Positions 42,840 to 56,404 of a DNA stretch of 64,000 nt are shown here, piece by piece. How positions within the stretch are numbered: the stretch's first letter is position 1; every line of letters starts with the position of its first letter. Source of the stretch: the human T2T-CHM13v2.0 reference genome, Homo sapiens; assembly GCF_009914755.1 (NCBI RefSeq), contig NC_060932.1; one strand, given 5' to 3'. A program made the translations under genes and the position numbers. The notes beneath the pieces were generated by a model that saw only the letters and a program-made list of their open reading frames with translations, ran no database searches and was not told the DNA's origin.

Positions 42840-43377
42840 GTCACCGAGTCTGTCTCTGTGTGGCTGTGAGGGTGCCTGGTCACCGAGCCTGTCTCTGTGT
42901 GGCTGTGAGGGTGTCTGGTCACCGAGCCTGTCTCTTTGTGGCTGTGAGGGTGCCTGGTCACCGAGCCTGTCTCTGTGTGGCTGTGAGGGTGCCTGGTCAC
43001 CGAGCCTGTCTCTGTGTGGCTGTGAGGGTGCCTGGTCACCGAGCCTGTCTCTGTGTGGCTGTGAGGGTGCCTGGTCACCGAGCCTGTCTCTGTGTGGCTG
43101 TGAGGGTGCCTGGTCACCGAGCCTGTCTCTGTGTGGCTGAGGGTGCCTGGTCACCGAGCCTGTCTCTGTGTGGCTGTGAGGGTGCCTGGTCACCGAGCCT
43201 GTCTCTGTGTGGCTGTGAGGGTGCCTGGTCACCGAGCCTGTCTCTGTGTGGCTGTGAGGGTGCCTGGTCACCGAGCCTGTCTCTGTGGCTGTGAGGGTGC
43301 CTGGTCACCGAGCCTGTCTCTGTGTGGCTGTGAGGGTGCCTGGTCACCGAGCCTGTCCCTGTGGCTGTGAGGGTGCC
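42840..43377. repeat. Minisatellite, 39-bp unit (GTCACCGAGCCTGTCTCTGTGTGGCTGTGAGGGTGCCTG), ~14 copies
   Basis: Near-perfect tandem copies; three are 37-bp variants. Confidence 0.97.
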
Positions 43378-45036
43378 CGTCTTTGGGAGGCAGGATCTTT
43401 CTTGTTCATGAGCCTGGGATTGGCTCGTGCCGGGAGAGCCTTGAGAAGATCCTTCACTCTGCTGTGCAGCATTTCAGCTCTTTTTCAACATTTGAAGAAC
43501 AAAAAGACAAATCTCCTGAGGCAGATTTTTTTTATTTTTCTCAAAATCACCCTGTGGAATTCCAGCACAAATTGAATAGTAATAGATAAAATTAAAACTT
43601 CTTCCCAAAACTCAGTTGATTTATTCTTCATGTTCTGCCTATTTTGAAATTCCAGAATTGACCACATGATTTTTTTTTTTAATGTACCCCTTGGTGAAAG
43701 CTGTCTGAGGCACTTGCCACTGAAGGCCCAATTGTCCATTGATACATATTAATATCGATTCTGCTGGAACTGCAACTGGGACATTATCTTGGATTCCACT
43801 GAGGTGGCTTTTGAGGACCACTGTGTCGAGACAATACAGGGTCTGTTTATAGGTGGTTTGTAATTCAGTTACCTGCACAAGCAGAACCTTGCCAGCCAAG
43901 TTTAGGATCATTAGTAGAATCCTGATTTGGAGATTTCTTTATTCAGGAGCCGTTTCCCACCCTCCCATCATGAAAGCGTAGAACACCCAGCCTCTTCTTG
44001 TGAGATAAATGAGTATGAAGGAAGAAGTTGGGTGACTATGAAAACCTAAGTTTAGCATGATTGCTTAATGACTTATTTCCAGAGTCTCTGTGGGCAGAGT
44101 TGCTGCAGACATTGATTTGACTCCGAGCATATTCCTTATAGTCTTCAACCCGAAAGCACTTCCTGCCTCACAGGCACTCCTCCTCACCTTACTGCCAGCC
44201 TCAGCCCAAATGGCGATTCCAGCATTTCATTCTTTATCCCAGCCTCTCCCCTTAGGAATTTTCTCTCGCTTCTCAAGCTTTACAGCAAAATGTACTTTTA
44301 GATATATACATTTTTCACATTTTTTCTTATAGCAGATATTACCTGACAATGAGATATACTCATTTAAAATTAAAATCCTAATCCCAGCTGTTATGTGTGA
44401 GTAACTCACATTTAAAAACAGCCCAAACACAGTCCCGAGTATACAGTTTTTGTTAGGGAAGGAGGGGGCATTTCTCTACTCCCCACCCCCAGCTGAGGGA
44501 AAGAAGCCCCCAAGCTGGCCTGTTGGTTCAGGGAGGAGGCTGAGACACGCGGAGTCTCCACTCTGCCCTCCCTTCAGGAGCAGCTGCCAGAGCGGCCACG
44601 CTCCACCTTTGGGGGAGAAAGGGTGCCCCCGGCAAGCCAGGTTCCAGGGTGGAATGCGGCTCCTGTCCTCATGGAAGGTTAACCTATCCAGATGGCGTCT
44701 AAGTTTCTAGATCAACACAGGGGCCCATGTAACCCATAATGAAGATGAAATCGGTGTCTAACAAAATCACCAAGCTCTGGAACACCAGTGTCCCTCTTTC
44801 TGATGGGAGATTCTGGGAGCTTAGTCATCACAACACTTGTTTCTAGGGAGACATTTACTCAGAATTCCATCGAGGCGGCTTGCCTGCTCCCTTCTGACAT
44901 TAGCTTCTGCCTGTCATCTACCACCCCACCTGGTACCCAGCCGGAGTGTGTGGCCGCCTTGCTCCGGGCCTGCAGTTCAGGCCGACCAGAAGGGAGAGAG
45001 GCCAAAGGGAGCGTGTCACTCAGCCTTGTCTCCTAA

Positions 45037-45106
45037 GTGCCGGGTGTGGGTGCCGGGTGTGAGCGCCGGGTGTGGGTGCCAGGTGTGAGCGCCGGGTGTG
45101 GGTGCC
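45037..45106. repeat. 13-bp G-rich tandem repeat (GYGCCRGGTGTGR) x5.4
   Basis: Direct inspection. Confidence 0.9.
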
Positions 45107-45172
45107 TCCTGGGTGCGGTGAGGGATGAACAGTTGATGCTTACCTGCCTTTTAACTCTTCTGCCCACCATAG

Positions 45173-45303
45173 GGCGATGCCAGTCCCTCCACTCCAGAGG
45201 AGAACGAAACCACGACAACCAGCGCCTTCACCATCCAGGAGTACTTTGCCAAGCGGATGGCAGCACTGAAGAACAAGCCCCAGGTTCCAGTTCCAGGGTC
45301 TGA
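45173..45303 (+). CDS. PINX1: Alternative reading frame of the terminal exon (short PINX1 isoform C-terminus, (G)RCQSLHSRGE...GSSSRV)
   Basis: A shifted frame is open from the acceptor to TGA at 45301-03 (ORF track 45037-45303). The 42 residues after Gly fit the ~174-aa short isoform recalled from skipping the preceding exon. Confidence 0.75.
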
Positions 45304-45688
45304 CATTTCTGAGACGCAGGTGGAACGTAAAAGGGGGAAGAAAAGAAATAAAGAGGCCACAGGTAAAGATGTGGAAAGTTACCTCCAGCCTAAGGCCAAG
45401 AGGCACACGGAGGGAAAGCCCGAGAGGGCCGAGGCCCAGGAGCGAGTGGCCAAGAAGAAGAGCGCGCCAGCAGAAGAGCAGCTCAGAGGCCCCTGCTGGG
45501 ACCAGAGTTCCAAGGCCTCTGCTCAGGATGCAGGGGACCATGTGCAGCCGCCTGAGGGCCGGGACTTCACCCTGAAGCCCAAAAAGAGGAGAGGGAAGAA
45601 AAAGCTGCAAAAACCAGTAGAGATAGCAGAGGACGCTACACTAGAAGAAACGCTAGTGAAAAAGAAGAAGAAGAAAGATTCCAAATGA
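45173..45688 (+). CDS. PINX1: PINX1 terminal coding exon (C-terminal 171 aa, incl. telomerase-inhibitory domain, TRF1-binding FxLxP motif, lysine-rich nucleolar/nuclear signals)
   Basis: The 45257-45688 ORF extends in frame to 45173 (GGC GAT GCC = GDA...). It is preceded by a pyrimidine tract and AG at 45171-72 whose in-frame TAG closes the ORF, as expected of a spliced exon. The translation GDASPSTPEENETTTTSAFTIQEYFAKRMAALKNKPQ...DFTLKPKKRRGKKK...KKKKKKDSK matches the human PinX1 C-terminus as I recall it. Confidence 0.97.
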   Translation, partial: GDASPSTPEENETTTTSAFTIQEYFAKRMAALKNKPQVPVPGSDISETQVERKRGKKRNKEATGKDVESYLQPKAKRHTEGKPERAEAQERVAKKKSAPAEEQLRGPCWDQSSKASAQDAGDHVQPPEGRDFTLKPKKRRGKKKLQKPVEIAEDATLEETLVKKKKKKDSK

Positions 45689-45906
45689 ATCCTTCCCAGC
45701 CGGGGCCTTCCGACCACTCAGCTGTCAGGGCACTGCGGGGGCAGACACCTCTGGCCTGAAGTCACAGCAGAGTTCACCCCAGAGCGTCTGGGCGCATCTT
45801 GTGGCATGCCCATGGGCTGCCGAGTCCTGCCCTCTCGCCACATTTCCCCCAAGTTACATTCCCAGGAGGACCTTTTTAATGTTCTCAATCGTGGCTCTCA
45901 GACACA

Positions 45907-45912
45907 AATAAA
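45907..45912 (+). promoter_or_regulatory. PINX1 polyadenylation signal AATAAA
   Basis: AATAAA ~220 nt after the stop codon, followed by a T-run and a GT-rich stretch. Confidence 0.8.
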
Positions 45913-45984
45913 TTTTTTTGTAAACTCTGAGCCCTTCAGCAAGAGAGTTTAATTATAATCATTACAAATACATGCATTCATGTA

Positions 45985-46035
45985 AGTGTGCACACGTGTG
46001 TGTGCATGTGCGCATCTGTGTGTGTGTGTGTGTGT
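45985..46035. repeat. (TG)n microsatellite
   Basis: Imperfect gtgtgcacacgtgtgtgtgcatgtg...(tg)n. Confidence 0.85.
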
Positions 46036-47684
46036 CACTATCTCCGTTTGCTCTCGGTTCCCTTCAATAACAATGAATGGTGCTTTCTTCTGAAAGACTC
46101 AGCCTAATTAAAGGATTAAGAGGCAATAGCTTGGATTCAGATTGTTCTTTTTGTTCTATAGCCAACCAACATTTTTGCCAAGTAGAAATTATATGATTAC
46201 ATTCCCAAATCAGAGAGGTTTTTTGTTGTGTTTTGGTTTTGATGGGGAAACGCGTTAACGCCCTCCCCTCCACTAAGCAGTGGCAGCCGACTGTTCTGAG
46301 CGCTTCCCCCGCCTCTGCCAAGCTTCAGCAGTGGACAGACTCAGGGCCAATGTCATCTCTCAGCTCTCACAGGAGGACTCTTGCCGTTCCTGTGCCGAGT
46401 GTGGGTTCTCTCATATGTTTCCTTTTGGGGGTCCTTCAGAACAAATCACCTAATACTGATTTATCTGTCACATGGCTGTAAATAGTGACTTAATTGTCAT
46501 GATCAGGAGGTCCTCAGAAGGCTTAAGAAACTGAGAGGCTAAGGCCGTGAAATTAAAGCCAGTCTTTGGATTGGGACTGCCTTATGAAAGTCCTTACAGC
46601 AAAAGACACCTTTCAGCTCTGCTCCCAGCAGTGGTGTCACAGCGCCATGCTTGTGCCGCCCTCGCCCGCCGCGCCTTGGCCCGTCTCCCCGTGTGCCAGC
46701 CAAACTCTCCCTTTGGGTTCACTCGGATGCCTGTAGACACTTCACACCATCCCTGGGACACAGGAGAAGAAAACGCTCAGCTGAGGTTCTGGAGTCCGGC
46801 CCTGCCACCTTCCCAGCCCTGTGTCTGCCGTTCTGCCCTGTGCGCCGCCTTCATCTCCTCCTGCTGTTCCTCTTCATCCGCGTACGCATTTATTCCCTCT
46901 TTCTCACGCTCCCCTCCTAGTTCCCAGTTTCCCTGCACCCCCTTTCCCCACGTCCCCATGTCCTCAGCCTACCATGGAGGCCTTGAGGCTGCCTGGCCCT
47001 GCTTCAGGCAAACCTGGCTGAGGCCCAGGTGGTGTGTTGTCCTCCATTTGATATAGAGATTGTGGCTGGTGACGGGAACTCAAACTTGCCCCCAATTCGG
47101 TGACCTTTTCCCCTTGATTTTAACTCTCAAGGTCACACATTAGATAGGAAGCATGGTCCCGAGATTCTTGAAATGTAGAGAAAATACATGAAGGACATTT
47201 GGCTGTAGTCTCTAAGGATGCTGCGCAGTGCTATTTGTTTGAAAAGAGACACACACACACACAGAGAAGAGTCTTATGAATATAGAGCCTGATGACTCAT
47301 CTCTTGAGTTTTTCATGTCCCCCCGAGTTTAGAATCCCAGGCTAATAGAGCCTCAGCGGTTTCTGAAGTCACTTTCTCCACAGAGGGCACATGCCCAGGT
47401 TCTCTCTGCCTGTCCCATCTTGCCTGTGAAACCAGAGATCCAGAAAGAAGTGGAATGCATGGAACCTAAGGGGAGCTAACTTTCAAAAATAAATAGATGC
47501 TGATTGGTTGTTTTTTTTGGCCTTTTGTTTTAACTTCCTTTACCAGTAAAAATGAGAGCCAGGAGAATATACCAAAATGTGTGCAGGCGCATTTAGGAGG
47601 CAGGTGGAATGCATTTAGGCCAGACATGGGTGCAGGAGCTGGGTGGGAAGGCCAGAGGAGGGAGGTGCGGAAGGGAGCTGGTAG

Positions 47685-48072
<388 letters not shown>

Positions 48073-48133
48073 TGAGAGAATGTAGAATGTGGTGATGACT
48101 GTTTTCATAGGCCGGAGAAAGGCCTCCTGAATA

Positions 48134-48459
48134 TTTTGTTTTTTGTTTGTTTGTTTGTTTTTGTTTTTGTTTTTAGGAGAGGGAGTCTCGTTCTATCACC
48201 CAGGAGGGAGTGCAGTGGTGCGACCTCAGCTCACTGCAACCTCCGCCTTCTGGATTCAAGTGATTCTCCTGCCTCAGCCTCCTGAGTAGCTGGGATTACA
48301 GGCACGGGCCACCACACCTGGCTAATTTTTGTATTCTTAGTACAGATGGGGTTTTGCCATGTTGCCTAGGCTGGTCTCAAACTCCTGAGCTCAAAGTGAT
48401 CTGCCCACCTCAGGCTCCCAAAGTCCTGGGATTACAGGTGTGAGCCACTGCTCCTGGCC
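48134..48459 (-). mobile_element. AluS
   Basis: Antisense dimer, TSD cctcctgaat. Confidence 0.93.
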
Positions 48460-49022
48460 CCTCCTGAATTATTTTAATAATTGAGTGGGCAGCCGGAGAA
48501 GGAGTCACATGCTCAGCAAAGAGCAGATTTGTTCCAAAGGAGGTGGAGACTCTCTTTTCTCTAGGTACCCTCAGCTTTCATTTTTCTGTGTCTGTTTTTC
48601 AGTCCACTTGGTTTTCTGGATCTAAGTGGAAATTAGAACAACAAAACAAATACTCTGCATTTTATGCTTGATACTTTAAGAATGAGTAGCATATGATCCC
48701 TGTTTTTGCCTTGAATTATTTCACCGGGTAAAAATACTTTAATTTTAGTATTATTCAGTGCTTTCCTTGGTTCTTTCAGTTTAAGGAGGAAAATTAGGCT
48801 CCCAAGAAAATATTTGTCCACTGAAGAGACTCTTCTGTGTTGTCCTGCAGCAACCTTCTCTCCTTTTCTGTTAATTTTAATGGATGATTATTATTATTGT
48901 ATGAAGTCTTGGATGCCTGGCCTTATTCCAAATACTTCAAATAAGCCAACTCATTTAGTCCTCAAACAACCCAGGAGGTAACCATTATCATCATTCCCCT
49001 TTTACGGAAGGGCCTCGCAGCC

Positions 49023-49362
<340 letters not shown>

Positions 49363-51289
49363 TAACTAGACTGATGCTCTTCCCAGAGGCCCCGCGATGC
49401 CCCAGCCCGCTGTCTACTGTAGTCACAAACCCGCGCCCCTTTTCCTCCATCCTTGCCACAGCCAGTTCCACCTGCAAGCCTCCCTATTGCAGATGCTCTT
49501 CACATGTCATTGTTACTCTTAACTGGGAATGGATTTGAAAGCAGCAGGCAAACTGCAGAGTTTCACAATTAATTTGAGTTAGTTATGATTCGGATGAGCT
49601 ATAGAAAATACTTTTGAGTTATGCTGCACATTAGACATTCTCAGTGGATTTTCTTTTCCAACTTGGTCAAGAGGTGGGTGGGAAATTGGGTGAGTTGGTT
49701 TCTTAAACCCTGTTTGCAAGTCTGAAAAAGAATGTTTTCAACTTGTAGAAAATACTGATGCTTTTGAGAGATGAAATCCCAGTGAGCATCTCTTTCCTAG
49801 CGGAGGTCATCCCTCTGCCTCCCTCCTCCTCCACCTGTTCACTGACTGGCAGGCACACGCTGAGACCTGTTTATTAAGAAACAGTATCAGAGAAGGCTTT
49901 CGGCACAGTCTGTCCGAGTGATCTCAGCCCTTGGATCAGCAGGCAGCAGCTGTACGTTGATTGGAGTAAGAACCTCTTCGTCACCGCCCTGTTTATCTCG
50001 CTGGTTCTGCAGCTGCTGCGTTTCGGAGCCTGTTGTGCTGGAGGGCAGGGCAGGAGGTCAGGTCGGGTGCTCGGTGTGTGATTTTATAGTGCTTGGTTAT
50101 TAATGAGCAAATTAGTACCGTGTCCTAGTAAAGTCGATGACTAAACTCCTTGCATAAAAGTGTCCGATCTATTTAGGAAATACTGAATATACTGCAGTGA
50201 CATACACAAAGCCTTCATGGAACCAGTAAAAGGGAGGAATAAGCCAGACAAAGATGGCAGGTAAAGAAGGGTGGGTGGGGCCGGGCCTCTCCTGCTGTGG
50301 ACGAGTGGGTCGGGGGCTGGTGCAGGGTGCGTGAGGCGCACTTCCTCCCACCTCAGCTGCCTGTTGTGCAGGCATTAGCAGTGAACTTTTAAGGAAAGCA
50401 GCAGTGAAGTCTTTAGCTAGTGGGGAGAATTTTGTAATCAGTTATAGCTGAAATTTTCTGTTTGTATGTTCTGTGTTGAGTTTCCTTAGAAAAAGGTGCG
50501 TGGGTGCTGAAAGCAGTTATTTGTTCTGAAAACATTTATTGAACACCGACTCTGGGCTCCAGGCCAGTTGACAGCAGAGTGACTGACGCATTACAGAGCC
50601 TACCCACTTTCAAGTTCTACAAATGTGTGTCATTTAGAAGGTACTGCCGTGTCCTGGATTAATCTCAGTACATTTATGCCCGGGACGCAGCCTCCTCCAC
50701 CGTGGCTAGCAAGCGTCCTCTCCTCTTTGGCATTCATGGATGAGCTGTGAGAAGCTCTTTGCCAGCTCATTTGACTTGAACCTGAGGAGGAACTGTGTAC
50801 ACTTAACAACATTTCTAACTCTGTGATAAATTCGCCAAATTATAGTATGTGCCTTCCTCCACATAGAATGCATTAGAAATGTGTTTTGCCTACGTGGAAT
50901 GGCTCTTAACAGGTCAGTCTGAAGATAAAGCCCAGCTTCCTCCCGCCTCTCCTGTCTCTAGAGGATCTGCTGAGTGTGCAGATGGGGTGCATAGAGATGG
51001 GAGAGGAGAGGTGGCCTCCAGGTGGCCTCCAGGTAGCCTCCACCCACTAACTGGGGACGCCCCTCGAACCTGGATGGAACAAAAACAGGTATCAACACAC
51101 ATTTGTTACATGGAAAACTGCTGAAGGCAAACTCCGACTCCGGCCTTCAAACCTTAGAGAATCAAGGTCTTGAGCAATCTAGAGTGACCCCAGCACCTTG
51201 ACGGAAGGAAGCACCCTCATCTTCACCTTTGTGAGGTACGTCGCTGCCCCGGTGAGTAACTGCATCTCAGACCGTTTAGTCTCCTTCTC

Positions 51290-52150
51290 CAACTATGTCG
51301 ACTCCATGCAACTCCTAAGCCTCCGCCTTTTCTGAATACTCCTTGGCTCTTGCTCCTTCTGCGGTCAGCTAAGTGTGGGAAGATGGGACACCCTTGAGTG
51401 TTTCTGAGCCGTGGGTTCTGTCCTCTCACTATCCATTTTCTGTATACATCTGCATGGCCGGCGTTTCTGCTGCTTTCTGTGTGATTCTCAGGTCAGCATC
51501 TCTGTCCCCACTAGTCTCAAGCTTTAGTCCTGCGTCTCCAGCCGACCGTCCAGAGGGCCTATCACATTCAGTGGGTCTAAGAGGAACCCATCCTCTCCAG
51601 GTTGCCTCCTGCCCCCCGTTATTATTATGGGCACCCCACGCTCTCGTTCAGTCTCACCCCAACATCAAGAGGCGTTATCAGCAGTCCAACCTAATCAAGT
51701 GTCTGCCACCACTGTACACTAGGTAGGTCCTCACCTTCAGGAAGCTCCCAGCTCGACACCCCACTGTCTGACTCCTATCTGGACAGTGCTGCCCTGCACC
51801 TCCCATCGTTCCCTCGGTAATGCCGCTCCCCCGGACCTGCACTCCCGGCTCTGCCTCCTGCCTGCAGTCCCGCCCCTAGTGCATATCTGTGGCTCCGACC
51901 AGGCTTCCCTTCTCCACCCACTGGCTTCAAGACCCGCCACAGGTGTCATCCACTTCTCCAGCCTGTCCTGATCCGGCCCCCAGAAGCAATCTCTCCATTT
52001 TCTGAATTTTCGTAGCGTTCTCTGTGCTCATCAAAGTCTACTTGTGTTTTGGGGTATGTCACTTTCCCCATTCAACCCTAGGACCTCTGAAGGGAACCTT
52101 CATGTTTGTATTCCTATAGCACCAGGACAGTGCCAGGCACAAGGAAGGTA
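51290..52150 (+). mobile_element. L2 fossil fragments
   Basis: C/T-rich L2-like text ending 'tgtattcctatagcaccaggacagtgccaggcaca'. Confidence 0.45.
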
Positions 52151-52159
52151 CAGCTTGCT

Positions 52160-52378
52160 CGCTCGCTCGCTCTCTCTCTCTCTCTCTATCTCTATCCCCC
52201 TCTTTCTCTCTCTCCTCTTTTTAAAGTGGAGACAGGGTCTTGCTTTGTCACCCAGGATGGAGTACAGTGGCACAATGAAAGCTCACTGCAGCCTTGACCT
52301 CCTGGGCTGAAGTGATCCTCCTGCCTCAGACGCCTGAGTAGCTAGGACTGCAGGTCCATATCACCATGCTCAGCTAAC
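52160..52378 (-). mobile_element. Alu right-arm fragment (J/FRAM-like) with (CT)n tail
   Basis: 'gagacagggtcttgctttgtcacccagg...ctcagctaa'. Confidence 0.8.
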
Positions 52379-52829
52379 AGGATTCTTAAATGAATACAAA
52401 TGAGCAGACCACACCCAGGCAAGAACCTGTGTTCTGAAGGCCTCAGGTATATCCCAGGACGAAGGTGTCTGAACAGGGATGCTCTCCTGTGGCTATACCC
52501 CACCCCCTGCACTTGTGGTTCCCTTGACTCCCTGCACTGCATTCAGTAGATGAGACCTCATCACCCACCTAGCTTGAAAGCTTGATTCTGAATTCGTCTG
52601 CATGTCTCCCTAGGTCTTCCTTGTAACTGTCCCCTGGCCACTGGGATGTCAGCGGACTCATTCCCAGGGCCTTGTTTTCAAGTCTTCCTTGACCAAAGGG
52701 TGGTTGTAGGATTAAATGAACTGTGGCTCAGCAAAATACCTGACAGCAGGCGTGCAATGCATTTTTCTTCTCTCCCTCCACACGTACAAGAGGAGAAAAT
52801 GAAAAGGAAGTGCTGCGGAGGATTTTTAG

Positions 52830-53101
52830 GGCAAGGAAATTATGATCCTAGAATGCTGGACACATGGCGTCGTATATCTGTCCAAACCCATAGAATGTGC
52901 ATGTGAACCGTAACATAACTGTGGCTGTGGGGATGATAATGTGGCGATGTAGCTTGATCCATTGTCACAAATGTACCACTCTGGTGGGGGGTGTTGGTAG
53001 TGGAGGAGGCTGTGCCTGAGTGTAGGAGAGGTGGTACATGGGCATTCTCTGTACCTTTTAATTTTGCTGTGAACCTAAAGTGGTTCTAAGAAAATAAAGT
53101 C
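52830..53101 (+). mobile_element. L1MC 3' end
   Basis: 'gtccaaacccatagaatgt...caaatgtaccactctggtgggg...tgctgtgaacctaaa...aataaagtc'. Confidence 0.7.
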
Positions 53102-53104
53102 AAT

Positions 53105-53849
<745 letters not shown>

Positions 53850-55524
53850 TCAGGAGGGTAGCTTCCATCCTCTCTCCGATGAGGGACTGGCACCAGCAGG
53901 CCCCGTCCTCTGAAGAGCCATCCCTAAGGCTCCTGAGCCACTTTTTACCTGCTCCTGTGACTGTCACCCAGGACCAACAGGCTCCAGGATGTGCCACAGG
54001 AAGGTGTGTCCAGGTCATCCTGGAGACAGCAGAGTCCCAGGGAGGTTCAGGGCTTGCCACTGGAAGTGGTAACCTGTGCAGGCCCTGGGGCAGGACTGAG
54101 GTGTGGGCACAGTGACTCAGACTGCTCAGGTGACAGGCTTCAGGTCCTGCCCTTGCCCAGGACTCCTAGGCAGCCCCAATAGAGCAAGTTAATTGCAATT
54201 TAGCCTGGAGGGATTACAAAATCCTGCTGCGATGGGCAAGGCCCTTGCAATCTGCGATGAACAATTGATGTTAACTGAACTGGAAGAGGGACAATCGGAG
54301 TGTATTCGGGAGACATGAGCCAGTAGGTCTTCCAAATCAGGGGACCCTTCCCAGCATTCATCCCTGAAACAAGCAGTCCTGCTCAGCACAGCCCCGTAAG
54401 AGCCGCATTCTTACGCTCCTCATTTTGTAGGTGGAGAGACAGACTCAGAGTCAGTAAGTACCTTGGCCAGGCTCACCAGTTCATAAAGGGGTGGCAGAAG
54501 GGTGTAACCTCCATCACCCCAGGCTGTCCCCCGCCCCAGGACTAACCCCTTTTCATCCTAAAGATGTGATGGGGACTATGTTTGATTTTTGTTTTTAATA
54601 ATTGAATTTCTTCTTCGTGTTATTTAGTCCATTTTGGCATGTAGTGTACCTTTGTGCCAACTGCAGTGTAATTCATGAGTTAGAGGAGAGATATAGAAAA
54701 TGCTGCGGGAAAACACCATCAGATGTGTTCATTCAGCCATTCGTTCCACAAGCTTCAGTGGTGAAGGCTCTGTGCTAGGGGCTGGGAATACAGGTGTGAA
54801 AAGACATGGTCCCAGTCCTCAAGAGCTCACCATTTAGCTAACTGTGTCACTAAAGTTGGAAAAACAAAGCCATGTGCCTCCTTTGGATAGTCACAATTTT
54901 ATGTATCCAAATTCAAAAGGACGCTCTCAGCCTTAAGAGGGTTTTCAAGCCAAGGAATGCTCATTTGGTGTCCAAGGGCAGTGAAACCTCTGTGCGTGGA
55001 TGCACGGGTGTGAAAGCTCGGAGTTTAGAAGAAGCTTGTGCCCGAGTACATTTTTATCCTCACAGTGAAGTTCAGGAATGATGACTTTGAACCCCTTTGC
55101 TGGGGTTTGACTTTTGTGTTTTGTCTTTTGAGTTTTGCTTCATGGACCTTGGATTTTAGAACTGAAAGGAAGCTTAGAAATTTCACCAGAGAGGTGCAAA
55201 ACAAGGCAATGATTTGATGCAGAACAACCGCAGACAGAAGAAAAGGGGTGGGTGGCATCTTGTGACCTCTCCCTGGGCTGGGGTCTTCTTCTGGCTCGTT
55301 CCTGAGGGGTGCCAGGCAGCAAAGACCACTTGGCTGCAACTCTACTGACTGTGACACTATGTGAGTCTTGAGTTTCGGGAACCCCAGTCCCTGCATTTTT
55401 CATTCCTAGTGTTTGACCAGGATGGTGGGAAGAGGTTATGGTAACCAAAGAGGCTACCTGATATGTATGTCTCGTTATCATTACTAATCCTTTATTGCGC
55501 TAGATGTTTTAGAAGTATTTTCTA

Positions 55525-55842
<318 letters not shown>

Positions 55843-56404
55843 TCAGAGCAATGTATAGGTAATTATGATTACTCTGATTCTGGGTATGAAAAAAAATGGG
55901 ACTCTGGTTGATTGACATTTTCTCAAGGTTACACAGCTGGCAAACAGCCAGGTCAGGACTGGAGCCCACACCTGCGTGACTCTAAAGTGCCCACTCTTCT
56001 GTGCTGCAAGAGCCTCCCAACTATTCCTTAGGGTCATTATGTGAACATGTTGTGGGGGAAAGCACAACGTATTCATCATTCAGGGCTTAGTTCAGCAGCC
56101 ACCCGCTTCCCTGACACCCTGGTCTGGGCTGGATGTCCCTCTTCTGCACTCCTGGAGTGCTGGGTGCATGCTTATCCCAGGAGCAGCTTTCCCCGCTCTG
56201 TATCCCAACACCTGCTACTGTCTGTCCCCTAATTCATGTGTAAGAAACATTTTTAACAAATAAATTTGACAAATAAATGATGAAATGAATAAGTGAGTAA
56301 ATGAAATTATTTCCTCTTATTTCTCTATTTTTAGGCACGTGGGGCCTTTCAGGGTGGTAAGTGGGCACCTGCAGGCCATAGGAATCTGTCTACTGCTCAA
56401 GATT

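Noticed and set aside
42741-43370. Long ORFs (up to 176 aa) on both strands
   Set aside because: They arise from the 39-bp stop-free repeat unit; most open at non-ATG starts and there is no exon or promoter support.
44684-44700. CTCF-like CCAGATGGCG
   Set aside because: The 5' half of the motif mismatches; too weak to call.
45037-45106. Telomere-like TG1-3 repeat inside a telomerase-inhibitor gene
   Set aside because: No TTAGGG; the resemblance to yeast telomeric sequence is coincidental.
46547-47056. 169-aa ORF downstream of PINX1
   Set aside because: GTG start, low-complexity pyrimidine-rich sequence, no recognisable homology.
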